From the NCBI GenBank assembly GCA_016219705.1, contig JACRKQ010000053.1, forward strand, positions 6,793-70,792: a stretch of 64,000 nt of DNA, given 5' to 3'. Of this stretch, positions 30,671 through 42,343 are shown in pieces. Below the pieces are notes generated by a model that saw only the letters and a list, made by a program, of their open reading frames with translations, had not been told where the DNA came from and made no database searches. Source of the DNA: Candidatus Saganbacteria bacterium. Its GTDB lineage: Bacteria; Margulisbacteria; WOR-1; O2-12-FULL-45-9. Both the position numbers and the translations under genes were made by a program. Within the stretch, counting starts at the first letter, position 1. Each line of letters starts with the position of its first letter.

Positions 30671-31066
30671 ATGCCGACGATAAACCAATTAGTCAGAAGA
30701 AGCCGCACTCAAAAACGGGGGAAAAGTAAAGCCCCCGCTTTAAAAGGAAGTTCTCTGCGCCGCGGGGTTTGCGTCAGGGTCTATACCACGACGCCCAAAA
30801 AACCAAATTCGGCTTTGCGTAAGGTCGCCAGGGTCAGATTAACTTCCGGGATTGAGGTTTCTGCTTATATTCCCGGGGTGGGACATAATCTTCAGGAGCA
30901 TTCGGTGGTCCTGGTGCGGGGCGGCCGCGTAAAAGATCTTCCCGGGGTCCGTTATCACATTGTACGCGGGGCGTTGGATACCGCTGGAGTGGAAGGCCGC
31001 AAGCAGAGCCGCTCCAAATACGGCGCTAAATTGCAAAAAGTAAAAGGAGGAACTGCCGGTGCCTAG
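30671..31066 (+). CDS. rpsL: 30S ribosomal protein S12
   Basis: PTINQLVR...[11 protein letters not shown]. Confidence 0.95.
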   Translation: MPTINQLVRRSRTQKRGKSKAPALKGSSLRRGVCVRVYTTTPKKPNSALRKVARVRLTSGIEVSAYIPGVGHNLQEHSVVLVRGGRVKDLPGVRYHIVRGALDTAGVEGRKQSRSKYGAKLQKVKGGTAGA

Positions 31067-31529
31067 ATATGGTAATGTTGCCAAAAGAGATATTCCGGCC
31101 GATCCGGTCTTCTCTAGCATTCTAGTCCAAAGATTCATTAACAAGTTGATGAGAAGAGGCAAAAAAGCCGTGGTCGAAAGTATGGTCTATCGATCTTTGA
31201 CGGAACTTGAGAAAAAAATCGGCAAGCCGGCGCTGGAAATTTTTGAAAAAGCGCTGGAGAACGTTACCCCATTATTGCAGGTCAAGGCCCGGCGCGTCGG
31301 CGGCGCCACCTATCAGGTCCCGGTGGAAATTAATAAGGTCCGCGGCCAGGCGCTGGCGATGAAGTGGCTGCGCGATGTCTGTCTGGAACGTTCCGGCCGC
31401 TCAATGGCGGAAAAGCTCGTCGCCGAGCTGACCGACGCTTACAATGGAGTCGGCGGCGCAATTAAAAAGAAAGACGATCAGCATAAAGTGGCGGAAGCCA
31501 ATAAAGCTTTTGCCCACTTCAGGTGGTAA
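31059..31529 (+). CDS. rpsG: 30S ribosomal protein S7
   Basis: Position after rpsL, S7 motifs. Confidence 0.9.
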   Translation: MPRYGNVAKRDIPADPVFSSILVQRFINKLMRRGKKAVVESMVYRSLTELEKKIGKPALEIFEKALENVTPLLQVKARRVGGATYQVPVEINKVRGQALAMKWLRDVCLERSGRSMAEKLVAELTDAYNGVGGAIKKKDDQHKVAEANKAFAHFRW

Positions 31530-31537
31530 TATAAATA

Positions 31538-33643
31538 ATGGTTAGAGAGTACGCATTAGATAAATATCGCAATATGGGGTTTGCCGCGCATATCGACGCG
31601 GGCAAGACCACAACGACAGAACGGGTGCTGTTTTACAGCGGCCGTCTCCATCGTTTGGGAGAAGTTCATGAGGGGACGACGACAATGGATTGGATGGAGC
31701 AGGAGCGGGAGCGCGGCATTACCATCACCTCGGCCGCGACGACCACTTTCTGGCGCGATCACCAGATAAATATTATCGACACGCCTGGGCATGTTGATTT
31801 TACTGTAGAAGTTGAGCGTTCCCTGCGAGTGCTTGATGGCGTGGTTGTTATCTTCTGCGCCGTGGGCGGCTGCCAGCCCCAGTCAGAAACAGTCTGGCGC
31901 CAGGCGACGCGCTACAGCGTGCCGCGCATCGCTTTTATCAATAAGATGGACCGCGTCGGCGCTGATTTTTATCGGGTCGTTGGTCAGATAAAAGACCGCC
32001 TGTTGGCTCGGCCGGTGGCTTTCCAATTGCCGATCGGCGCTGAAGAAAAATTCTCCGGCGTTATCGACCTGGTGGAAATGGACGCAATTATTTATGAAGA
32101 TGAATTGGGGATGAAATTGAGTCGGCAGCCGATCCCGGTTGACCTCAAAGAGAAAGCCCAACATTATCGGGAAAAACTGGTTGAAGCGGCGGCGGAGTCA
32201 AACGATGTGCTTTTGGAAAAATATCTGGCCGGCCAGGCCTTAACGAAGGAAGAAGTAAAAGCTGGTTTGCGCCAGGCGACAATTAACGCGCAAATTATCC
32301 CTGTGGTCTGCGGAACGGCCTTCAAAAATAAAGGGGTGCAGCCTTTGCTTGACGCGATCATTGATTATTTACCGTCGCCATTAGATAAGAAAGCGGTTAA
32401 AGGTTTAAACCCAAAAACGGGCTTGGAAGAAGAGAGACAAACCAGTGATAATGAACCGTTTTCCGCCCTGGCTTTCAAGATTATGTCCGATCCGTATGTC
32501 GGCCGTTTGACTTTTTTCCGGGTCTATTCCGGCACGCTCTCTTCCGGTTCTTATGTGCATAATTCCAGCAAAGATAAAAAAGAGCGGATTGGACGTCTTT
32601 TGCAGATGCATGCCAACAAGAGGGAAGAGATCGCTGAGATCAGCGCCGGCGATATCGGGGCGGCGGTTGGCTTGAAATTTACCATGACCGGTGACACCTT
32701 ATGTGACGTCGATAAACAGGTTATTTTGGAATCAATCCAATTTCCGGAGCCGGTTATCTTTGTGGCGATTGAACCGAAAACAAAAGCCGATCAGGAAAAA
32801 TTGGGGATTTCTTTGGGCCGCCTGGCGGATGAAGATCCAACTTTCAGGATTAAAGGCGATCCCGAGACCGGGCAGACGATCATTTCCGGCATGGGAGAAT
32901 TACATTTGGAAATTATCGTCGATCGTCTGCTGCGCGAATTCAAAGTTGAAGCTAATGTCGGCAAACCGCAGGTAGCGTATAAAGAGACAATCCGCGGTTC
33001 AGCGGAAGTGGAAGGCAAATTTATCAGGCAGACCGGCGGCCGCGGTCAGTATGGTCATGTTTGGCTGAAACTAGAGCCGCTGGAAGCAGGCAAAGGTTTT
33101 GAGTTCGTTAATAAAATTGTCGGCGGGTCAATCCCGCGGGAATATGTTCCGGCGGTCGAAGCCGGTGTTAAAGAAGCGGTTGCGACCGGAGTCTTAGCCG
33201 GTTATCCGGTGCTTGATTTGCGAGTAATTTTATTTGACGGTTCTTATCATGATGTTGACTCTTCAGAAATAGCTTTTAAGATCGCCGGCTCAATGGCCTT
33301 CAAGGCCGGCGTCATGAAGAGTAAGCCGGTCTTGCTGGAACCGATCATGAAGGTTGAAGTTGTTGTGCCGGAACAATATATGGGCGATGTGATTGGAGAT
33401 CTCAACAGCCGGCGCGGGCGCATCGAAGGGATGGAGGCCGCCCTGGGAATGCAGACGATAAAGGCCAAAGTGCCTTTGTCGACGATGTTTGGCTATTCGA
33501 CAGCTATGCGCTCCTTGACACAAGGCCGCGGAACGTATAGTATGGAGTTTTGCGAATACGACGAGATGCCGAAAAACCTCGCAGAAGAAATCATCGCCAA
33601 ATCCAAAGGTTCAACCGATGCTAATGCGGAAAAGGGGAAATAG
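31538..33643 (+). CDS. fusA: elongation factor G
   Basis: [13 protein letters not shown]1 motif, DTPGHVDF, 701 aa. Confidence 0.95.
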   Translation: MVREYALDKYRNMGFAAHIDAGKTTTTERVLFYSGRLHRLGEVHEGTTTMDWMEQERERGITITSAATTTFWRDHQINIIDTPGHVDFTVEVERSLRVLDGVVVIFCAVGGCQPQSETVWRQATRYSVPRIAFINKMDRVGADFYRVVGQIKDRLLARPVAFQLPIGAEEKFSGVIDLVEMDAIIYEDELGMKLSRQPIPVDLKEKAQHYREKLVEAAAESNDVLLEKYLAGQALTKEEVKAGLRQATINAQIIPVVCGTAFKNKGVQPLLDAIIDYLPSPLDKKAVKGLNPKTGLEEERQTSDNEPFSALAFKIMSDPYVGRLTFFRVYSGTLSSGSYVHNSSKDKKERIGRLLQMHANKREEIAEISAGDIGAAVGLKFTMTGDTLCDVDKQVILESIQFPEPVIFVAIEPKTKADQEKLGISLGRLADEDPTFRIKGDPETGQTIISGMGELHLEIIVDRLLREFKVEANVGKPQVAYKETIRGSAEVEGKFIRQTGGRGQYGHVWLKLEPLEAGKGFEFVNKIVGGSIPREYVPAVEAGVKEAVATGVLAGYPVLDLRVILFDGSYHDVDSSEIAFKIAGSMAFKAGVMKSKPVLLEPIMKVEVVVPEQYMGDVIGDLNSRRGRIEGMEAALGMQTIKAKVPLSTMFGYSTAMRSLTQGRGTYSMEFCEYDEMPKNLAEEIIAKSKGSTDANAEKGK

Positions 33644-33961
33644 TTGATGGCCAAAAAACAGAGGATCAGGATCCGGCTAAAAAGTTATGATCATCGGGTG
33701 ATCGATCAATCAGCGAGCAAGATCGTCGATACGGCCAAGCGGGCCGGGGCGGATGTCTCCGGTCCTGTTCCTCTGCCGACAGATAAACAAATTTATTGCG
33801 TTCTGCGTTCGCCGCACGTTGATAAAAAATCGCGCGAGCATTTTGAAATCAGGACGCACAAGCGGATGATTGATATCATCGATCCGCCGCCGCAAACGGT
33901 TGATGCTTTAATGCAGCTTGATTTACCGTCGGGTGTCGATATCGAAATAAAAATGGGATAA
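33644..33961 (+). CDS. rpsJ: 30S ribosomal protein S10
   Basis: [19 protein letters not shown]. Confidence 0.9.
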   Translation: MMAKKQRIRIRLKSYDHRVIDQSASKIVDTAKRAGADVSGPVPLPTDKQIYCVLRSPHVDKKSREHFEIRTHKRMIDIIDPPPQTVDALMQLDLPSGVDIEIKMG

Positions 33962-33968
33962 TAAATTA

Positions 33969-34655
33969 ATGACAAGTTTATTAGGACAAAAAATAGGGAT
34001 GACGCAAATATTTGATGAGGCTGGCAATATCATTCCCGTGACTGTGGTCGAAGCCGGGCCATGTGTTGTCACCCAGCTTAAAACTACGATTAACGATGGA
34101 TATGATGCTATTCAAGTCGGTTTTGGCCAAAGCAAACATTTAAACAGACCGCAGCAGGGGCATTTAAAAACAGCCAAGTCGCGTTTCCTAAAAGAGTTTG
34201 CAGTCAGCAAACCGGAGGAATATCAGGTTGGACAGGAGATCAAGTTAGATGTTTTCAAATTAAATGACGTGGTTTCTGTGACGGCGACCTCAATCGGTAA
34301 AGGTTTCCAGGGGACGATCAAGCGGCATCACCATCACCGCGGGCCGATGAGCCATGGTTCAAAATCGCACCGGATTACCGGTTCGATCGGCGCCGGGACA
34401 ACCCCGGGGCGTGTCTTCAAAGGCAGAGGGATGGCGGGACATATGGGAGCAGCGCAAGTGACTCAACCGAGCTTAAGGATTGCGCGTGTCGATACGGCCA
34501 GGAATTTATTGCTGTTAGCGGGGGCGGTTCCAGGCAAGTCCGGCAACCTGGTTTTTATCCGTAAAACTGGTGAGTATAAGCCGCCGGTCCAAACCAAGCA
34601 TGCGGCGGATAAGAAAGCGGAAAAACCAACAATTGTTGGTAAGGCGAAAAAATAA
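33969..34655 (+). CDS. rplC: 50S ribosomal protein L3
   Basis: [27 protein letters not shown]. Confidence 0.9.
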   Translation: MTSLLGQKIGMTQIFDEAGNIIPVTVVEAGPCVVTQLKTTINDGYDAIQVGFGQSKHLNRPQQGHLKTAKSRFLKEFAVSKPEEYQVGQEIKLDVFKLNDVVSVTATSIGKGFQGTIKRHHHHRGPMSHGSKSHRITGSIGAGTTPGRVFKGRGMAGHMGAAQVTQPSLRIARVDTARNLLLLAGAVPGKSGNLVFIRKTGEYKPPVQTKHAADKKAEKPTIVGKAKK

Positions 34656-35278
34656 TGGTTAGTTTACCTTTATATAATAACAATGGCCAGGCTAATGGTG
34701 AATTGAGCGTTGCGGAGAAAATCTTTGGAATTAAGCTCAATGAACAAGTCATGCAAACGGCTTTAGTCTGGTATCAAGCCAGTCGGCGCCGCGGCACCCA
34801 TTCAACTAAAACTCGGGCGGAAGTAAGCGGCGGCGGAAAAAAACCGTGGAAACAAAAAGGGACCGGCCGGGCCCGCGCCGGAAGTTCGCGTTCTCCTCTC
34901 TGGCGCCACGGCGGCGTGATCTTCGGGCCGAAACCGCGTGATTATAATTATACTTTGCCCAGAAAAGTCAGGAAGCTGGCGCTGATCAATGGCCTGGCCA
35001 ATCTGGCACAGGGCGGCAAAGCGAAAGTCGTTGAAACTTTAAAAATAGCCGAGCCGAAAACAAAATTAGCGGAGAAATTACTTAAGAATTTGGGAGCGGA
35101 AGGTAAAATTTTAATTGTTCTCAATGAAGTTGATGAAAATTTTCAGAAGGCGGGGAGGAATTTAGCCGGAGTCACAATAATGAATTATAAAGATTTAAAT
35201 ATTTACGACCTGCTTAATGCCGATTGTCTGGTTTTAGAAAAACCGGTTTTAACTAATTTAGAGGAGTTTTTGGTCTAA
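34655..35278 (+). CDS. rplD: 50S ribosomal protein L4
   Basis: Position and KPWKQKGTGRARAGS motif. Confidence 0.9.
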   Translation: MVSLPLYNNNGQANGELSVAEKIFGIKLNEQVMQTALVWYQASRRRGTHSTKTRAEVSGGGKKPWKQKGTGRARAGSSRSPLWRHGGVIFGPKPRDYNYTLPRKVRKLALINGLANLAQGGKAKVVETLKIAEPKTKLAEKLLKNLGAEGKILIVLNEVDENFQKAGRNLAGVTIMNYKDLNIYDLLNADCLVLEKPVLTNLEEFLV

Positions 35279-35559
35279 TGGAAGCAGAACAAATTATTAT
35301 TGCGCCGGTAGTGACGGAAAAAGCGGTTGGCGAGCGGACGTTGTCGCGCTATGTTTTTCGCGTCCATTTAGATGCGACCAAAGTCGCGATCGCCCAGGCA
35401 ATTGCCAAAATATTCAAGGTCAAAGTCTCCGCGGTTAACACCAGTTTTGTCCGGGCCAAACGCCGGGTCATGGGCCGTTCAATCGGTCAAACCAGCCGCT
35501 GGAAAAAAGCATATGTCACATTAGAATCCGGCCAAAAAATAGAGGAGCTTGAAGTTTAA
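35278..35559 (+). CDS. rplW: 50S ribosomal protein L23
   Basis: Position, size 93 aa. Confidence 0.85.
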   Translation: MEAEQIIIAPVVTEKAVGERTLSRYVFRVHLDATKVAIAQAIAKIFKVKVSAVNTSFVRAKRRVMGRSIGQTSRWKKAYVTLESGQKIEELEV

Positions 35560-36383
35560 TGGGCTTAAAATATAAAAATCCAATCACACCCGGTCAGCGT
35601 TTCCAGATTTCTGATGATTTTTCCGATATTACCAAAGGCAAACCAGAAAAATCATTGTTAACGCGTCTCCGCAAGACGGGCGGGCGTGATTGGATGGGTC
35701 GGGTCTCGGCGCGTTTCCGCGGCGGCGGGAGCCGCAGCCTTTACCGTCTAATTGATTTCAAGCGCAGCAAAGAGATGGCGGCCAAAGTTTTAGGAATCGA
35801 ATATGATCCTAATCGCAATGCCCGTATCGCCTTAATCGAGTATGAAGATGGCCAGAAGAGTTATATTTTAGCGCCTTTAGGCATCAATGTTGGCGAAGTC
35901 GTCAAGGCTGGGGCAGAAGTTGATATCAAGCTTGGCAACGCGCTGCCTCTGCGTTCCATCCCGGTTGGTACACTTATACATAATATTGAGCTGGAACCGG
36001 GAGCCGGTGGTAAATTGGCCCGATCAGCTGGGGCGGGGGTCATGCTTGTGGCTAAAGAAGGCGATTATGGGACAATTAAATTACCGTCAGGCGAACAGCG
36101 TCTGGTGCACATTAATTGTCGGGCCACCATTGGCCAGCTCGGTAATCTTGATGCCAAGAATGTTCGTTTGGGTAAAGCCGGTAAAATGCGGCATATGGGT
36201 TGGCGGCCGCACGTGCGCGGTGTTGTCATGAATCCCTGCGATCATCCGCATGGCGGCGGCGAAGGCAAGGCGCCGATCGGACGCAAACAGCCGGTTACGC
36301 CCTGGGGCCGGCCGACTTTGGGTAAGAAGACGCGGCATCCAAGGCGCAAGAGCAGCCGTTTTATCCTGATAAGAAGGAAGTAA
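35559..36383 (+). CDS. rplB: 50S ribosomal protein L2
   Basis: [33 protein letters not shown]. Confidence 0.95.
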   Translation: MGLKYKNPITPGQRFQISDDFSDITKGKPEKSLLTRLRKTGGRDWMGRVSARFRGGGSRSLYRLIDFKRSKEMAAKVLGIEYDPNRNARIALIEYEDGQKSYILAPLGINVGEVVKAGAEVDIKLGNALPLRSIPVGTLIHNIELEPGAGGKLARSAGAGVMLVAKEGDYGTIKLPSGEQRLVHINCRATIGQLGNLDAKNVRLGKAGKMRHMGWRPHVRGVVMNPCDHPHGGGEGKAPIGRKQPVTPWGRPTLGKKTRHPRRKSSRFILIRRK

Positions 36384-36386
36384 TAT

Positions 36387-36671
36387 ATGGGACGTTCATT
36401 AAAAAAAGGTCCGTACGTTGATGAAAAATTGCTCCGGAAACTGCAAAAGATGAGTCAGGCCGGAGAGAAAAAAATTATAAAAACCTGGGCGCGCAGTTCC
36501 ACGGTGATTCCCGACATGATCGGTTACACTTTTGCTGTCCATAACGGCAAGAAGCATATGCCGATTTACATCACGGAGAACATGGTCGGCCACAAGCTGG
36601 GGGAATTTGCGCATACGCGTCTGTTCCGGGGCCATAGCGCGCCAACTGATAAGACGACGACATTAACATGA
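36387..36671 (+). CDS. rpsS: 30S ribosomal protein S19
   Basis: [39 protein letters not shown]. Confidence 0.9.
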   Translation: MGRSLKKGPYVDEKLLRKLQKMSQAGEKKIIKTWARSSTVIPDMIGYTFAVHNGKKHMPIYITENMVGHKLGEFAHTRLFRGHSAPTDKTTTLT

Positions 36672-37057
36672 CAAAAATAGAATCACGAGTTAAAGGAGTG
36701 CGGATTGGACCGCGTAAATTAGCGCGAGTCTTGGATATTGTGCGTGGACAGTTAGCGCTGGATGCCATGCAATTATTGCGTTTCATGCCGCAAAAAGGGG
36801 CGCGGATTTTAGAAAAAGCGATCAAATCCGCAGTAGCTAACGCTAAAAATAATTATAAACTAAATGATCTCAATTTAGTGATCTCTGAAGCTTATGTAAA
36901 CAAGGGGATGACGATGAAAAGGATGAGGCCGCGAGCAAGAGGCCGTGGTTTTCCGATTTTTAAGCGGACAGCGCACCTGACTGTCTGTTTAACCGAAAAA
37001 GATGATAAAACGATAAAACAACCTAACAATCGTTGGGAACCTAAGGAGGCAGCTTAA
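36668..37057 (+). CDS. rplV: 50S ribosomal protein L22
   Basis: Position and size. Confidence 0.85.
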   Translation: MTKIESRVKGVRIGPRKLARVLDIVRGQLALDAMQLLRFMPQKGARILEKAIKSAVANAKNNYKLNDLNLVISEAYVNKGMTMKRMRPRARGRGFPIFKRTAHLTVCLTEKDDKTIKQPNNRWEPKEAA

Positions 37058-37782
37058 TGGGACAAAAGATTCATCCCAAAGGTTTGCGCATTGGCATCAT
37101 TGAAAATTGGGACAGCTTCTGGCATGCCAGCGACCAGGAATACAGTAAATTTCTGGCCGAAGATTTTGAAATTAGGAGATTTTTAAAGAATAGCTTATTT
37201 AAAGCCGGTATTTCACGGATCTTCATTGGCCGCAAAGCCAACCAGGTGGAAATTGACTTGCATACAGCCCGTCCCGGTTTGATCATCGGTAAAGGCGGCA
37301 AAGAGGTGGCGGCGATCCGGGAAGAGTTAATGAGACGGACCGGAAAACAGGTCCAGCTCAATATCCATGAAGAGAACAAACCGGAGACATCGGCTGTTTT
37401 AGTGGCGGAATCTATTGCCGCGCAATTGGAAAAACGCATCTCTACCCGCCGGGCCATGCGCCAGGCTGTTTCAAAAGCGTTGCGTGCTGGAGTTAAGGGA
37501 GTAAAAGTCCGCTGCGCCGGCCGCCTGGGCGGCGCGGAAATAGCCCGTAAAGAATGGTATCGGATGGGCCGCGTTCCCCTGCATACTTTGCGGGCGAAGA
37601 TTGATTATGGTTTTGCGGAGGCGATGACGCTTTACGGTAAGATTGGGATAAAAGTCTGGTTTTTCAAAGGCGAAGTCTTCAAAGATAAAAAACCAGAACT
37701 AAAAGTCGAAGCTCCTGTTGCGGCGATAAAAATTCCGGAAGCGGCCGCGACAGCATTGGAACAGGGGAAGGTTGAAGCCTGA
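37057..37782 (+). CDS. rpsC: 30S ribosomal protein S3
   Basis: [16 protein letters not shown] domain. Confidence 0.9.
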   Translation: MGQKIHPKGLRIGIIENWDSFWHASDQEYSKFLAEDFEIRRFLKNSLFKAGISRIFIGRKANQVEIDLHTARPGLIIGKGGKEVAAIREELMRRTGKQVQLNIHEENKPETSAVLVAESIAAQLEKRISTRRAMRQAVSKALRAGVKGVKVRCAGRLGGAEIARKEWYRMGRVPLHTLRAKIDYGFAEAMTLYGKIGIKVWFFKGEVFKDKKPELKVEAPVAAIKIPEAAATALEQGKVEA

Positions 37783-38192
37783 TGGTCTTATTCCCGACAA
37801 AAACTAAATTTCGTAAACATCAGCGCGGCCGCTTGCGGGGATTAGCTGCGGCTGGCTGCACCTTAAATTTTGGTGAATTCGGTTTGCAGGCAGTGGAGGG
37901 GGGCTATTTAACGACAAACCAGATTGAATCAGCTCGGAAAGCCTTAACCCATTATCTCAAACGCGGCGGCAAAGTCTGGGTGCGCACTCTGGCGGATAAA
38001 ATAAAAACAGCCCGTCCGGCGGAGACAAGGATGGGCGGGGGAAAAGGAGCGCCGGAGGCTTTTATGGCGCCGGTTAAGCGCGGCCATATTATTTTTGAAT
38101 TGGGTGGGACAACAATGGAAGATGCGAAGGCGGCTTTTCGGCTGGCCAGTTTCAAATTGCCTTTGACCACCAGATTTATGGTGAAGATATGA
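37782..38192 (+). CDS. rplP: 50S ribosomal protein L16
   Basis: KFRKHQRGRLRG. Confidence 0.9.
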   Translation: MVLFPTKTKFRKHQRGRLRGLAAAGCTLNFGEFGLQAVEGGYLTTNQIESARKALTHYLKRGGKVWVRTLADKIKTARPAETRMGGGKGAPEAFMAPVKRGHIIFELGGTTMEDAKAAFRLASFKLPLTTRFMVKI

Positions 38193-38395
38193 AAACTAAT
38201 GAATTAAGAGAATTATCTGTCAGTGATTTAACAAAAAAAGCGGCTGATTTGCGGCGGGAGTTGATGCTGGCCCGTTTTTCCCAGGTAAACCAACAGCTCA
38301 AAAACCCTTTAAAGCGGCGGCAGTTGCGCCGCGAGATTGCCAGAATCTTGACGGTGGTTCGCGAAAAAGGAGCTAATAATGGCCGCGGAAAATAG
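38189..38395 (+). CDS. rpmC: 50S ribosomal protein L29
   Basis: Position, 68 aa. Confidence 0.85.
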   Translation: MKTNELRELSVSDLTKKAADLRRELMLARFSQVNQQLKNPLKRRQLRREIARILTVVREKGANNGRGK

Positions 38396-38696
38396 AAAAA
38401 ACAGGACCGGTGTTGTGGTCAGCAATAAGATGGCAAAAACGGTGGTCGTCGAGATTGAAATAACTTACCGTCATCCGTTCTACCAGAAAGTGATGCGCGC
38501 TTCCAAACGTTTGAAGGCCCATGATGAGATCAATGCCTGTGCCATTGGCGATCTGGTAGAAATTCAGGAGACGCGGCCGCTCTCCCGCGATAAATGCTGG
38601 CGGGTAGTCAAAATTCTGGGTAAGGGCAAGATTAGCCGCCACGATTTGCCTAAGAAGCGTGAAGTTAAGGAGGAAGCAAGTGATACAGCCGCGTAG
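38379..38696 (+). CDS. rpsQ: 30S ribosomal protein S17
   Basis: [17 protein letters not shown]. Confidence 0.85.
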   Translation: MAAENRKNRTGVVVSNKMAKTVVVEIEITYRHPFYQKVMRASKRLKAHDEINACAIGDLVEIQETRPLSRDKCWRVVKILGKGKISRHDLPKKREVKEEASDTAA

Positions 38697-39048
38697 CATG
38701 CTGCAAGTGGCCGATAATACCGGGGCTAAATTAGTAATGTGCATCCGGGTCATGGGCGGCTCTAATCGCAAGTATGCCAGTCTGGGCGACATCATTGTTG
38801 GGGTGGTCAAGGAAGCGGCCCCAAACATGACGGTCAAAAAAAGCGAAGTAATTTTTGGCGTTATCGTCCGTCTGCGCAAGCGCCAGCGCCGCAGCGACGG
38901 GTCTTATATTGTTTTTGATGATAATGCCATTGTGGTGATCAGCAAGGAAAAAAATCCGCGGGGCACCCGTGTTTTTGGCCCGGTGGCCAGGGAATTGCGC
39001 GACAAAGATTTTATGAAAATAATTTCTCTGGCGCCAGAGGTTGTTTAG
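38680..39048 (+). CDS. rplN: 50S ribosomal protein L14
   Basis: GTG start ([17 protein letters not shown]) with AAGGAGGAAG RBS; the ORF track extends to 38659. Confidence 0.9.
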   Translation: MIQPRSMLQVADNTGAKLVMCIRVMGGSNRKYASLGDIIVGVVKEAAPNMTVKKSEVIFGVIVRLRKRQRRSDGSYIVFDDNAIVVISKEKNPRGTRVFGPVARELRDKDFMKIISLAPEVV

Positions 39049-39356
39049 TGAAATTAAAAATTAAAAAAGGCGATACAGTTATTGTCCTATCCGGCCGCGA
39101 TAAAGGGAAAAAAGGGAAAGTTTTAGAGGCTTTCCCAAAATCCGGTAATTTAATTATTGAGCGGGTCAATGTGGTGAAGCGCCATCTTAAACCAAATCGC
39201 AGTTTTGCCGGAGGTATTATTGAAAAAGCTTTGCCGCTTAATATTTGCAAGGCGATGCTGGTCTGCCCAAAATGCCACGAGCCGACTCGGGTAAAATTAA
39301 GTGACGCTGGCCGCGCCTGCAAACGCTGCGGCGAGATTGTCGATAAGGTGAAATAA
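39048..39356 (+). CDS. rplX: 50S ribosomal protein L24
   Basis: [25 protein letters not shown]. Confidence 0.9.
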   Translation: MKLKIKKGDTVIVLSGRDKGKKGKVLEAFPKSGNLIIERVNVVKRHLKPNRSFAGGIIEKALPLNICKAMLVCPKCHEPTRVKLSDAGRACKRCGEIVDKVK

Positions 39357-39901
39357 TGAACGAATTAAAAGAAAAATTTGAAAAAGAAATCTTACCGGCG
39401 CTGATGAAAGCCGGTAAATATGAAAATAAGCTGCGCGCGCCTCATTTGGAAAAAGTGGTAATTAACCGGGGTGTTGGTGAGGTGCGGGAAAATCCTAAGG
39501 CGATTGAGACCTCCGCCCTGGAGCTGGCCGCCATTACCGGACAAAAACCATTGGTCAGGAAAGCTAAAAAAGCGATCTCTGTGTTTAAGATCAGGGCGGA
39601 TATGCCGATTGGCTTGAAAGTCACCCTGCGCGGCAAGCGAATGTATGATTTCGTCAACAAATTAATTAACATTTGTTTGCCGAAAATCCGCGACTTCAGA
39701 GGCGTTAGCCCAAAATCATTTGACGGCCGAGGCAATTACACTTTTGGTGTTAAGGAGCAATTGATTTTCCCCGAAGTTGATTATGAAAAAGTTGACCGTG
39801 TCCGGGGGATGGACATCACTATTGTTACGTCGACCAAGAAGGACCAAGAAGCCCGTCAACTACTGGAAGCGCTGGGGATGCCGTTCAGGGTCTCGACATA
39901 G
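39356..39901 (+). CDS. rplE: 50S ribosomal protein L5
   Basis: Position and motifs. Confidence 0.9.
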   Translation: MNELKEKFEKEILPALMKAGKYENKLRAPHLEKVVINRGVGEVRENPKAIETSALELAAITGQKPLVRKAKKAISVFKIRADMPIGLKVTLRGKRMYDFVNKLINICLPKIRDFRGVSPKSFDGRGNYTFGVKEQLIFPEVDYEKVDRVRGMDITIVTSTKKDQEARQLLEALGMPFRVST

Positions 39902-39943
39902 CTCGACTTAAAGAACCCAACAATTATTGGGAAGGAGTCATAA

Positions 39944-40129
39944 ATGGCGAAAAAAGCTTGGCTGGAAAGATTAAAAAAAGAGCCCAAATTTGCCAACAGG
40001 CATAAGAACCGCTGTTTTGTCTGCGGCCGCGCCCGCAGTTATATGAGAAAGTTTAAACTTTGCCGTCTCTGTTTTCGGAAAATGGCGCATGCCGGCGAAT
40101 TGCCTGGCGTGACAAAATCAAGCTGGTAG
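39944..40129 (+). CDS. rpsZ: 30S ribosomal protein S14 type Z (zinc-binding)
   Basis: 61 aa with CFVCGR...CRLCFR zinc ribbon. Confidence 0.9.
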   Translation: MAKKAWLERLKKEPKFANRHKNRCFVCGRARSYMRKFKLCRLCFRKMAHAGELPGVTKSSW

Positions 40130-40155
40130 TCTCTCGACAAGCTTAGGAGGAATTA

Positions 40156-40548
40156 ATGAACGATCCGATTGCCGATATGTTAATTAGAATCAAAAATGGC
40201 CAGGCGGCCAAAGCGGCTGCGGTGGATATGCCTCATTCCACGATTAAGGAAGCCATCGGCCAGCTTTTGGTTGCCGAAGGTTATTTGAGCAAATGCGAAA
40301 AGTTAAAACGAACAGATCGGCAATTTTTGCGTTTGGGGCTTAAATATAATAAAAACAAGCAGGGGGCTATCGCCGGGCTTAAACGCGTCAGCCGATCCGG
40401 CCGGCGCATTTATTCTAATTGCGCGGCTTTGCCGCTGGTGCAGTCGGGTTTTGGTAGAGTGATTGTTTCTACTTCAAAAGGATTAATGACCGATGAATTT
40501 GCCCGGCAGAAAAAGTTGGGCGGAGAGATTATCGGTTATGTTTGGTAA
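40156..40548 (+). CDS. rpsH: 30S ribosomal protein S8
   Basis: MNDPIADMLIRIKNG. Confidence 0.9.
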   Translation: MNDPIADMLIRIKNGQAAKAAAVDMPHSTIKEAIGQLLVAEGYLSKCEKLKRTDRQFLRLGLKYNKNKQGAIAGLKRVSRSGRRIYSNCAALPLVQSGFGRVIVSTSKGLMTDEFARQKKLGGEIIGYVW

Positions 40549-40554
40549 TAAATT

Positions 40555-41106
40555 ATGGGCAGAATAGGTAAAAGAGAATTAATTGTTCCGCCGGGTGTGG
40601 AGATAAAAATCTCGGCCGCCTCTTTCCAGGTAAAAGGGCCGAAGGGGACGCTGGCGCAGGAATATAAACCTGGGATCAAAATTGAATTTAAAGACGGTAA
40701 ATTATTAACGATTTGCCATTCAAAAGATCCCCAGGCGCTGGCTTTGCAGGGTCTCTACAACAGTTTAGCGAAAAATATGATTGACGGGGTGACCAAAGGT
40801 TTTGAAAAACGGCTGGAATTGGTTGGTGTCGGTTATCGCGCCGCGAAACAAGGGAAAGGCCTGCAAATGTCCCTTGGTTATTCTCATCCAATAATTATTG
40901 AGCCGCCGGCCGGCATTGATTTCGAAGTTGAAGGGCAAAATAAAATTACCGTCAAAGGTATTGATAAACAATTAGTTGGTGAATTGGCCGCTGAGATCAG
41001 GCAAATGCGAAAAGTTGAGCCTTATAAAGGCAAAGGGGTCAGATACCAGGGTGAAATTGTCAGGAAGAAAGCTGGTAAGGCGGCCAAGACGGCATCAGGA
41101 GCATAA
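40555..41106 (+). CDS. rplF: 50S ribosomal protein L6
   Basis: Position and size. Confidence 0.9.
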   Translation: MGRIGKRELIVPPGVEIKISAASFQVKGPKGTLAQEYKPGIKIEFKDGKLLTICHSKDPQALALQGLYNSLAKNMIDGVTKGFEKRLELVGVGYRAAKQGKGLQMSLGYSHPIIIEPPAGIDFEVEGQNKITVKGIDKQLVGELAAEIRQMRKVEPYKGKGVRYQGEIVRKKAGKAAKTASGA

Positions 41107-41109
41107 ATT

Positions 41110-41424
41110 ATGAGGCAAAAAGGCAAGAGGAAAAAAATATTCGGGACTTCAGAACGTCCGCGCCTTTCAGTTCGCCGGACATTAAATAATATCCATGTCC
41201 AGATTATCGATGATGCGGCTGGGAAGACTCTCGTCGCGGTTACAAGTTTAAAGATCAAAAATGGCGGCAATATTGCGGCGGCGCAGCAGGTCGGAAAAAT
41301 GACGGCGAAAAAGGCTGTGGCGGCAGGCATTAGTAAAGTTGTATTTGATCGCGGGTTAGCTAAATATCATGGCCGGATAAAAGCTTTGGCAGACGCGGCC
41401 AGAGAAGGAGGATTGCTTTTTTGA
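41110..41424 (+). CDS. rplR: 50S ribosomal protein L18
   Basis: Position, 104 aa. Confidence 0.85.
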   Translation: MRQKGKRKKIFGTSERPRLSVRRTLNNIHVQIIDDAAGKTLVAVTSLKIKNGGNIAAAQQVGKMTAKKAVAAGISKVVFDRGLAKYHGRIKALADAAREGGLLF

Positions 41425-41927
41425 GCGAAGCTAGAGGCAGAAACAGGGATTGGGATAAAGACCAGGAGTTTAAAGAAAAGGTGGTCCAGATTCGCCGGGT
41501 CACAAAGGTGGTTAAGGGCGGCAAAAAAATGGGTTTCCGCGCCGTTGTTGTAGTTGGCGACATGAAATCAAAAGTCGGCTTGGGAGTTGGGAAAGCGGCT
41601 GAAGTGGCGTCGGCGATCCGTAAAGGTGTTGAAGCAGCCAAGAAAGGCCAGATTAATATTGCTATTATTGAAGGGACCCTGCCTCATGACGCCCGAGGAA
41701 TGTTCGGCGCCAGTTCAGTTTTCCTGCGAACAGCGTCGCCTGGTACGGGGGTTATTGCCGGAGGAGCGGTGCGGGCAATTTTAGAATTGGCCGGCTTCAA
41801 AAATATTGTCGCCAAGTCCCTGGGGTCAAACAATGCGATTAACGTAGCGCGCGCCACCCTGAACGCTCTTTCCATTCTTAAAGATACGGCGACAGTTAAG
41901 CAAATCTACAGCCGGGAGATAGTTTAA
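41421..41927 (+). CDS. rpsE: 30S ribosomal protein S5
   Basis: [27 protein letters not shown]. Confidence 0.9.
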   Translation: MSEARGRNRDWDKDQEFKEKVVQIRRVTKVVKGGKKMGFRAVVVVGDMKSKVGLGVGKAAEVASAIRKGVEAAKKGQINIAIIEGTLPHDARGMFGASSVFLRTASPGTGVIAGGAVRAILELAGFKNIVAKSLGSNNAINVARATLNALSILKDTATVKQIYSREIV

Positions 41928-42343
41928 TGCTGCAGCTCAATAATCTGATTTGTCGGCCAGGGGCCAAGAAAAATAAAAAAAGAGTGGGGCGCGGAACCAG
42001 CTCCGGTTTTGGCAAGACCTGCGGCCGAGGGCATAAGGGGCAAAAGAGCCGCAGCGGCGGGACCAAAGGCTTGCGTTTTGAAGGTGGACAAACACCTCTT
42101 TATCGACGGCTACCCAAACGCGGCTTTAAAAACTATCCATTTAAAAAAGATTACACAATTATTAATGTCGCAGATTTAAATGATTATGAAGGTGAAGTAG
42201 ATAAACAGGCGTTGGGGGTCGGCGGATTGCTTAAAATTTTAGGCCAGGGCGAAATCAAGAAAGCGTTAACGGTGAAAGCTGATAAGTTTTCGGCTCAAGC
42301 AAAAAAGAAAATTGAGGCGGCGGGAGGACAATGCTTAACGTAA
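41927..42343 (+). CDS. rplO: 50S ribosomal protein L15 (no L30 gene between S5 and L15)
   Basis: [36 protein letters not shown]. Confidence 0.9.
   Translation: MLQLNNLICRPGAKKNKKRVGRGTSSGFGKTCGRGHKGQKSRSGGTKGLRFEGGQTPLYRRLPKRGFKNYPFKKDYTIINVADLNDYEGEVDKQALGVGGLLKILGQGEIKKALTVKADKFSAQAKKKIEAAGGQCLT

Noticed and set aside
38373-38879. 168-aa minus-strand ORF
   Set aside because: Antisense to rpsQ/rplN.
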